Source of the DNA: a virus | Length of the DNA stretch: 6,050 bases | IMG/VR virus record: IMGVR_UViG_3300020030_000028 | Coordinates: 1-6,050 of that record | Reading direction: 5' to 3' (one strand) | Shown here: piece after piece, positions 1-5,569 of the stretch | Position numbering within the stretch: the stretch's first letter is position 1 | Layout: every line of letters starts with the position of its first letter | Program-made: the position numbers and the translations under genes | The notes under the pieces: model-generated | The model's database searches: none | The model's input: only the letters and a program-made list of their open reading frames with translations | What the model was told of the DNA's origin: nothing

Positions 1-104
1 ACGACTGCAGGAGAGGCCGCGCATTTTTCTATCGTTCTTTAAATTCTACTATCATGTCTGATACTAAACAACCCTTTTATAAGTCGAAGGCGTTTTGGAC
101 GCTC
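1..104. repeat. Terminal redundancy, copy 1 (identical to 5947-6050); marks the closure point of a circular genome
   Basis: Base-by-base comparison shows 1-104 equals 5947-6050 with no mismatch. The repeat cuts through the 5' end of the 54-245 ORF, as expected for an assembly overlap rather than a biological repeat. Confidence 0.95.
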
Positions 105-245
105 GTCTCGTCCATTGTCGCCGCTTTGGCTGCCTTTTTCTTGTCCTCGTGTTCTGCACAGGCAAAGGTTGCTCGAACAGGTGTTCATATTGATACTGTT
201 CGCGTAGACTATATTATTCGTTCGAACAATTTTTCGCTTCCGTAA
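54..245 (+). CDS. Small membrane or lipoprotein-like protein (63 aa), function unknown
   Basis: ATG-started ORF whose stop lies 1 nt before the pilot-protein ATG. The N-terminus has basic residues (K5, K10, K12) and a hydrophobic stretch AFWTLVSSIVAALAAFFL. This is followed by L-S-S-C (nt 141-152), which fits the lipobox pattern [LVI][ASTVI][GAS]C. The predicted mature part is only about 30 aa. Confidence 0.6.
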   Translation: MSDTKQPFYKSKAFWTLVSSIVAALAAFFLSSCSAQAKVARTGVHIDTVRVDYIIRSNNFSLP

Positions 246-246
246 T

Positions 247-1527
247 ATGAGACTTATTGATTTCAAGTCTTACGTCGAGCCTGTTTCCACAGGTGCTCTG
301 CTTGGTGCTGCTGCTGTTTCGGCTGGCGGTCAGGTCGCTTCTGGCTTATTCAAGCCCTCGCTTAAGAGACAATGGAAGTATCAGCAGAAACAAATGAAGC
401 TTCAACAGCAGTACGCTTTGGAGCAAATGCAAAAACAAGGTGAAATCAACTATGCTAACTGGCAGAAACAGTTTGATTATGAGAATGCTTACAATGACCC
501 CACGAAGGTTTTCGATCGTTACTTGAAGGCCGGCGTTAGTCCTGCTGCTGTCTTAGGCTCTTCAGGCGTCGGCGTCAATGCTACTATGTCTGGCGGTTCC
601 TCCGGCTCCGTTGGCGCTTCCGGCCCTTCAGGCGGCTCTTTTGACTTCTCCAGTCCTCTGTCTCCTGGCGCTGGTTCTGCTGTTGCAGGTGTTGCTCTCG
701 AAGCCATGGGTGTTAATTCGACCATCGAACGCAATAAGGCTGCCGCTAATCTCGATAATGCCCAAGCTGATGATATTCGTAACAGGATGCCCACCAGGGA
801 ACAAGGTCAGGCCCTTATCGAACTCGAGAAGCAACTAAAGCGAGCTAACATTGGTAGTCAGTCTTCGCTCGCTCGTTATTATGGCGAGTTGGCTATCAAT
901 CAGGAGGCCTACAATAAGTATGCAGACCTCGCTGCCACGTATGATTTCCAGCGCATTCAGGCTGCTTATGCTGAACAGGTTGAGCGCACTAAGCGTATTC
1001 GCGCTGAAAACGATGCTGAGATTCCTCTCCTCGAACAGTCTGCTGCTGCCAACCTTGCCTATCTTCGCGCTGTTGCTGATGCCGCTAAGGCTTCCGCACG
1101 CGAGTCCCGTTCTCATGCTGATATTCTTGACATTCAGCAGAAGGATATGCAACGCATGTTTGAAGTCACCTGGGATACCCCTGTAAAGGTTCCCCTGGTC
1201 AACGAGAAGGGTGAGCCCACTGGAGAATTTGAGGAGATTACAGGTCGCGAATATTACTCTTATCTTCGTGGCCTTGAGCTTGGTGAAGGTCGTCAGAGCC
1301 TGTCTGGTAACTGGTTTACCATTCGCAAGAATAAGAACGCTCTGTTTTATGATGTTACAAAGGCTTTCGCTACCGCCGCTGGCATCGCCGGCGCCTCCTA
1401 TGTTGGTCGCAAGGCGGCAGGCCCTGCCGGCCCAGAAGGTTATGAGGAAATGAGAGAGTTTTACGGCCCTGACGGAGATCAGATCGGGGCCACACATACT
1501 CGTCGCAGTATGTTTAGGCGAAATTAG
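247..1527 (+). CDS. VP2: Microviridae DNA pilot / minor capsid protein (VP2 / H-like), 426 aa
   Basis: The N-terminal third is Q/K-rich and helical. It is followed by AYNDPTKVFDRYLKAGVSPAAVLG (nt 487-558), which matches the YNSP..(Q)..R...AGLNP block typical of gokushovirus-type VP2. A Gly/Ser-rich tract follows (nt ~556-696), then long Ala/Gln/Glu-rich helical segments compatible with a coiled-coil tube. T-ending codon bias matches the capsid gene. Confidence 0.8.
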   Translation: MRLIDFKSYVEPVSTGALLGAAAVSAGGQVASGLFKPSLKRQWKYQQKQMKLQQQYALEQMQKQGEINYANWQKQFDYENAYNDPTKVFDRYLKAGVSPAAVLGSSGVGVNATMSGGSSGSVGASGPSGGSFDFSSPLSPGAGSAVAGVALEAMGVNSTIERNKAAANLDNAQADDIRNRMPTREQGQALIELEKQLKRANIGSQSSLARYYGELAINQEAYNKYADLAATYDFQRIQAAYAEQVERTKRIRAENDAEIPLLEQSAAANLAYLRAVADAAKASARESRSHADILDIQQKDMQRMFEVTWDTPVKVPLVNEKGEPTGEFEEITGREYYSYLRGLELGEGRQSLSGNWFTIRKNKNALFYDVTKAFATAAGIAGASYVGRKAAGPAGPEGYEEMREFYGPDGDQIGATHTRRSMFRRN

Positions 1528-1550
1528 ACAACTTTTTCGACTTTTTGAAC

Positions 1551-1581
1551 TTTGTGTTCCAATCCCCGTGTCGTACATTTG
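1551..1581 (+). promoter_or_regulatory. Candidate Bacteroides-type promoter (-33 TTTG, 19-nt spacer, -7 TAcaTTTG)
   Basis: TTTG at 1551-1554 and TACATTTG at 1574-1581, an exact TAnnTTTG match, lie in the 79-nt gap upstream of the ATG at 1607. I found only one other exact TAnnTTTG in the unit genome (2495-2502, inside a CDS). Confidence 0.3.
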
Positions 1582-1606
1582 TATTGTAACCAATAACCGT
1601 ATTATT

Positions 1607-1921
1607 ATGAAAAGAAACAAACCTAGCCTCGATCCCCTTTACCTGGATGCCGCAGACTATATTTTCGTTGAGTGGCTTGTTCGGAGCGGCTATTATTCGA
1701 GATTCAAGAATAACTTTATCAGGGACAACCCCGATTTTGACAGTGCCCGCGAGGGCATTCGAGTCTGTCTTTCCAGGCTTTTGCGTAGTAGGATTTTATC
1801 TTTCCGCGACGCTGTTTCTTCGTCCTTCCTGTTTCTTCGCTCACCTGAAGGCGTAGACTTTTGGTGTTCGGTCGATCAAGAGTGGCGAGCATTTCTCAGA
1901 CATCTTAATTTTAACTTTTAA
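1607..1921 (+). CDS. Hypothetical protein (104 aa from ATG 1607; ORF track gives 117 aa from GTG 1568)
   Basis: Open frame between two intergenic or short spacers on the same strand as all other genes. ATG 1607 is preferred because GTG 1568 lies upstream of the candidate -7 promoter box. No recognisable motif. Arg codon usage is atypical for this genome. Confidence 0.55.
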   Translation: MKRNKPSLDPLYLDAADYIFVEWLVRSGYYSRFKNNFIRDNPDFDSAREGIRVCLSRLLRSRILSFRDAVSSSFLFLRSPEGVDFWCSVDQEWRAFLRHLNFNF

Positions 1922-1931
1922 TCTTATTTTT

Positions 1932-2255
1932 ATGAGTCAAATTCATGTAGTTCTTAGTCGTATTAATCCTGCTCTTGCGATTGATCTTGTTCGATTGGGT
2001 CGTCTCGAAGACGGTCAATTTGTTCAGCTGCCTCTTGATCTTTTTCAGGGTACCCCTGTTTCTGACTTGATCAGATTGACGGATATTTCCGATTCAGCCC
2101 ATTTGCAGCATAAGGATGTTTCGCGCCTTGTCTCGTCGCTTTCCTGTTACCCTGGCTTTAGCCTTGATTATTTTGACAACACACTTGTAATTGTTTTTGA
2201 TTATAACTTAGCTGAAAATGAAGTCCCGACGTCGAAAGAAGACCCGCGGCCGTAA
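1932..2255 (+). CDS. Hypothetical acidic protein (107 aa)
   Basis: ATG-started ORF 10 nt after the previous stop. It shows the strong T-ending codon bias (ctt, gtt, cgt, gat, cct) shared with the capsid and Rep genes. No recognisable domain. Confidence 0.6.
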   Translation: MSQIHVVLSRINPALAIDLVRLGRLEDGQFVQLPLDLFQGTPVSDLIRLTDISDSAHLQHKDVSRLVSSLSCYPGFSLDYFDNTLVIVFDYNLAENEVPTSKEDPRP

Positions 2256-2489
2256 AACTGTAACCCGGCCGTTACTGGGAAACGTTCTTTAGTTTTTGAT
2301 CGTAAATTGATTGGCTTTTGCCGATATACAGAGTTGCGCTGCCGTTAAGAATGGCCGAGTGATGATTTCCAATACCGAAGGTATCGCGGACGCGAGGCCG
2401 AGGTCTTGAAATCTCGCAGGCCATTTAGGCGCGCGGTTTTCGCGCTCAAAAGTACCGTCTTTTGAAGCGCATGATAATATTTGACGATT
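2256..2489 (+). other. Largest noncoding region; GC-rich, multi-hairpin structured element (candidate complementary-strand origin or structured RNA)
   Basis: No + strand ORF. Hairpins seen by eye:
- 2260-2264/2271-2275
- 2311-2315/2320-2324
- a 76-nt domain closed by aatggcc/ggccatt (2350-2356/2419-2425), containing gatttc/gaaatc (2364-2369/2408-2413) and atacc-gaa-ggtat (2372-2384)
- gcgcg/cgcgc (2429-2433/2441-2445)
- tcaaaag/cttttga (2446-2452/2459-2465). Confidence 0.4.
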
Positions 2490-2693
2490 ATGGATATTTT
2501 TGATGCGTTTCGCCCGCAAACTTCTCCTGTTGTTGAAGGTCGGCCCCTTAGTTATTCCGTTGCAGCCTATCGTGGTAAAAAGCGCGTTGTTATCGCTTGG
2601 TTTTCCGACGAGACCTCCGCCTTTGATTTCGTCGCTCGTTGTCGTATTGATCGCCCTGACGTTAAATACGATTGCGTTAAAAGTCTTTTCTGA
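2490..2693 (+). CDS. Small hypothetical protein (67 aa from ATG 2490; ORF track starts at TTG 2481), translationally coupled to Rep
   Basis: T-ending codon bias like the rest of the genome. Its TGA stop (2691-2693) overlaps the Rep ATG (2693-2695) as TGATG. Confidence 0.55.
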   Translation: MDIFDAFRPQTSPVVEGRPLSYSVAAYRGKKRVVIAWFSDETSAFDFVARCRIDRPDVKYDCVKSLF

Positions 2694-3763
2694 TGGCATG
2701 CCTTTCTCCTATATGGATTCGCAACCGCCGCTATTTTGACAAGAAGAACCCCTGTCGAAATGGTTCTGACGTTGCGAAGTCTGCGCTTGCTCTTCGTCCC
2801 TGGGATATTGCCCGCCAGTGGCTTATGGTCCCGTGTGGCAAATGCGAGGATTGTCTACGTCGTCAGCGTAATGATTGGTTCGTTAGGCTTGAGCGCGAGC
2901 TCGCTCGATGTAAGGCTGAGCATCAGCAGGCTATTTTTATTACAATAACTATAGCACCTAAATATTATGACGAGGCGCTGCTAGACCCTTCCAGATTTAT
3001 TCGACGATGGAATGAACGTGTCCGTCATAAGCTTGGTCATTCCTTCAAGCATGCGTTTTTCCAGGAGTTTGGTACTCACCCAGAGACAGGATCGGCACCG
3101 CGCCTTCATTTCCACGGCTTTCTTTTTGGAACTAATTGTCTGTACAACGAAATCAGATCGGCTGTTCGTGATCTCGGTTTTGTTTGGCTTGCGAAAGGTA
3201 CACATAAGCGTGCGCGATACGTTGTTAAGTATGTCACTAAGCAGATCTATTTTGACCCTGCAGAAATTATTAATCAGAACGTTACTTTAGATGGAAAAAT
3301 TACTTCTCTATCCGCTCTTCTTCAACATCGCCGTTATACGAGAAAATTCGTATCTGCTGGTGTTGGTGATTATCTCGGCTATATGCCTCGCCCTTCTGCC
3401 CGTATTTCGTCGTGGTCTTATTTTGATAGTAGAAGCGGTGTCGATTATAAATATTCGATTCCTCGATATTATCTTCGATATCTTAAACAGAAAGACGAAA
3501 TCCGTCGTTCGGTGGCCGCTGCTGACGCTTATGCACGCTTCAGCAAGTCTCCTTTGGTTCAGCATGTTGTTGCTTTGTGTGCTAAACGGTTCGATTTCGA
3601 TACCTCCTTATCCCGTAGAGAGACATATTCGTGGGAAACGAAGCAAATGATGCGCTTTTCCGCATCTTCGCGAAAAATGCCCGATTTTGACCCTCCTGCT
3701 TGGTTAGATCTAGACATTCTCCAATTTTGGAGAGATCACTATAAACTTCAACTTCTTATTTAA
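2693..3763 (+). CDS. VP4: Rolling-circle replication initiator, HUH endonuclease (Microviridae VP4 / phiX gene A-like), 356 aa
   Basis: - N-terminal MACLSPIWIRN plus VPCGKCEDCLRRQRNDW (nt 2834-2854 for CGKCEDC), typical of microvirus VP4.
- RCR motif 1 FITITI (2936-2953).
- HUH motif LHFHGFLF (His at 3107-3115).
- Double-tyrosine motif YVVKYVTK (3218-3241), comparable to YVAKYVNK of phiX174 protein A. Confidence 0.9.
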   Translation: MACLSPIWIRNRRYFDKKNPCRNGSDVAKSALALRPWDIARQWLMVPCGKCEDCLRRQRNDWFVRLERELARCKAEHQQAIFITITIAPKYYDEALLDPSRFIRRWNERVRHKLGHSFKHAFFQEFGTHPETGSAPRLHFHGFLFGTNCLYNEIRSAVRDLGFVWLAKGTHKRARYVVKYVTKQIYFDPAEIINQNVTLDGKITSLSALLQHRRYTRKFVSAGVGDYLGYMPRPSARISSWSYFDSRSGVDYKYSIPRYYLRYLKQKDEIRRSVAAADAYARFSKSPLVQHVVALCAKRFDFDTSLSRRETYSWETKQMMRFSASSRKMPDFDPPAWLDLDILQFWRDHYKLQLLI

Positions 3764-3766
3764 TTT

Positions 3767-5557
3767 ATGGGAAAACAACCTTTTATTTCACACTCTGTAA
3801 ATGGTTACTCTCGCTATGATGTTCCTGAGAGTAAAGCTTTTACGTGCACACCGGGTATTTTGTATCCGGTGCGAATCGATTTCATTAATGCTCGAGACCG
3901 CGTATCTATCGAGCAGGGGATTGATGTTCGTAGTAATCCCCTCGCTGTTCCGTCATTCAATCCTTATACTGTTCGGCTCCATCGCTTCTGGGTGCCTCTT
4001 CAGTTGTATCATCCTGAGATGAGAACGAACGGTAGCAAGTTTGATATGAACGATTTGAGCTTAAATTTTGTTGCCGCTTCGTCTACTGGCTCATACGAGT
4101 TCACGACCAATAATTATCCTTATTCTAATTCACTGCTTCGTTGGCTGCGTATTATTCCTGCTTCTATTCCGACGCCCACCTCCAGTAATGTTCCCGTATC
4201 GGCTAACCTTACAGCTGCTCAATTGACATATCCTTTAGGTTGGTGTAACGCCGACTCTTATCTTGCCTATTGGGATATTGTTCGTAACTACTACGGCTAT
4301 TCCCAGTGGGGACTCTATTCCTTTGCTTGGCCCGGTAGCTGGTATTTCATCCCTAACAGCACTGGATCTGCTTATAGTGTTCTTCAATTCAATGGAGAAG
4401 CATCGTTCTTTTCGCAAAGGTTTGGTAATCTTGAATTTTTGGACGCTTATTTTGAGAGTCAGTTCTACCCTTCAGCCGTCTCTTCCTCGAATAATACGTA
4501 TAATAGAGGGAACCTTTTTTCTCAGATACTCCTTTCGGACCTTGGTGCAACGATTACCGCTTCTAAGGATGGTTACCCTGTTTCTTCTATTTATCCCGGA
4601 AATACCCATTTGACTGAAGCGGGACCCGCGAATCAATTTTCTATCACCCCAAGTTCTACAACTGTTACCACTTTAGGGTCTTTCCTCGTGGCCCATCCGA
4701 TGGCCGTTATACCTTCGAATCCCGATCGTTACAGTCGGCTACTTCCTGTCGGTAGTGCTGCGGGAATATCTATGTCTGGTGTTACCACTATACCGCAGTT
4801 AGCCATCGCCTCGCGACTTCAGGAATACAAAGATTTACTCGGTGCCGGCGGTTCTCGTTATAGCGACTGGTTGGAAACATTCTTCGCATCAAAAATTGAG
4901 CACGTTGATCGGCCTAAATTGCTTTTTAGTGCTTCACAGACGGTTAATGTTCAGGTTGTTATGAATCAGGCTGGTGTTAATAACTTCGACACCGAGGGCG
5001 GTTCTCCTGCCCTTGGTCAGCAGGGCGGCTCTATTGCTTTCAACGAACGCCTTGGTCGTCGTCAATCTTATTATTTCCGTGAGCCTGGTTATATGATTGA
5101 TATGTTGAGTATTCGCCCTGTCTACTATTGGGCAGGCGTTTACCCTGACTACCTCCATTACACCGGCGCTGATTATTTTAATCCCATTTATAACGACATT
5201 GGATATCAGGATGTCCCTGGCTTTCAATTCGGCTTTGGAACTACTTCAGCCTCAGAGGCTGTAGCTTACGAACCCTGCTTCAATGAGTTTCGATCCTCCT
5301 ACGATGAAGTTCTTGGTCAGTTGTCTTTCTTTCAAGGCCATTCTGGTTCCGTACCTCTTTATTCTTATTGGGTACAACAGCGTGTTTTGTCTGCAAGTTA
5401 TAACAAGTATTACTCTCTCTTGTTTGTAGATATCGCTCAGGTAAATTCTCCGTTTGCCTCCGAACTGGAAGACAATTTCTTTGTTAACCTCTCGTATTCT
5501 GTTCAGAAGAAGAATTTGGTAAATAAAACATTTGCAACCCGTTTGTCTAATCGTTAA
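3767..5557 (+). CDS. VP1: Major capsid protein (Microviridae VP1 / F-like), 596 aa
   Basis: - N-terminal block PGILYPV...VRSNPLAVPSF..Y....RFWVPLQLY parallels the gokushovirus G.LIP....R.APL.AP......FFVPNRL block.
- SYLAYWDIVRNYYG parallels the RAY..I.N.Y.RD block.
- LQEYKDLLGAGGSRYSDWLETFF....DRPKLL parallels ARGGTRY.E.I...FGV...D.RLQRPE.
- The C-terminal aromatic-rich block is also typical. Confidence 0.92.
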   Translation: MGKQPFISHSVNGYSRYDVPESKAFTCTPGILYPVRIDFINARDRVSIEQGIDVRSNPLAVPSFNPYTVRLHRFWVPLQLYHPEMRTNGSKFDMNDLSLNFVAASSTGSYEFTTNNYPYSNSLLRWLRIIPASIPTPTSSNVPVSANLTAAQLTYPLGWCNADSYLAYWDIVRNYYGYSQWGLYSFAWPGSWYFIPNSTGSAYSVLQFNGEASFFSQRFGNLEFLDAYFESQFYPSAVSSSNNTYNRGNLFSQILLSDLGATITASKDGYPVSSIYPGNTHLTEAGPANQFSITPSSTTVTTLGSFLVAHPMAVIPSNPDRYSRLLPVGSAAGISMSGVTTIPQLAIASRLQEYKDLLGAGGSRYSDWLETFFASKIEHVDRPKLLFSASQTVNVQVVMNQAGVNNFDTEGGSPALGQQGGSIAFNERLGRRQSYYFREPGYMIDMLSIRPVYYWAGVYPDYLHYTGADYFNPIYNDIGYQDVPGFQFGFGTTSASEAVAYEPCFNEFRSSYDEVLGQLSFFQGHSGSVPLYSYWVQQRVLSASYNKYYSLLFVDIAQVNSPFASELEDNFFVNLSYSVQKKNLVNKTFATRLSNR

Positions 5558-5569
5558 CACATTGACTCT

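Noticed and set aside
851-1453. Further +1-frame ORFs inside the pilot gene (851-1186, 1211-1453) and similar ones inside the capsid gene (3801-4022, 4263-4613) and Rep (2736-2948, 3012-3290)
   Set aside because: All lie in the same +1 frame relative to the host gene, and nearly the whole of that frame is open. This points to compositional stop depletion rather than selection. Several start only at non-ATG codons.
1494-1513. Perfect 7-bp inverted repeat acatact/agtatgt at the 3' end of the pilot gene, considered as a terminator
   Set aside because: The stem is AT-rich and there is no adjacent U-run; the T-rich tract begins about 20 nt later. A 7-bp stem with a short loop is expected by chance a few times in 6 kb.
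835-1620. 261-aa ORF on the minus strand, antisense to the pilot gene
   Set aside because: It is codon-aligned with the + strand gene (1618-247 is a multiple of 3), so its stops would be the sense codons TTA, CTA and TCA. The pilot gene avoids these in favour of CTT and TCT. A long open antisense frame is therefore a by-product of codon bias. The protein has no recognisable features, and known microviruses transcribe one strand only.
2357-2385. tgatga ... gaa, reminiscent of a hammerhead ribozyme core or a C/D box
   Set aside because: The essential C of CUGAUGA is a G here (gtgatga). The flanking helices required for a three-way hammerhead junction with a cleavage-site UH are not present.
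2350-2425. tRNA-sized (76 nt) domain closed by a 7-bp acceptor-like stem
   Set aside because: I tried cloverleaf folds on both strands. There is no T-loop (TTCRANY) abutting the closing stem, no D-loop GG, and no 5-bp anticodon stem with a 7-nt loop. It is not a canonical tRNA and is treated as part of the structured intergenic element.
2289-2699. 136-aa minus-strand ORF spanning the structured intergenic island and the 67-aa ORF
   Set aside because: It is codon-aligned antisense to the 67-aa + strand ORF and then runs on through a GC-rich, and therefore stop-poor, region. Its codons do not share the genome-wide T-ending bias. The + strand 67-aa ORF shows that bias and is coupled to Rep. The minus-strand ORF remains worth a conservation check, because it covers an otherwise noncoding gap.
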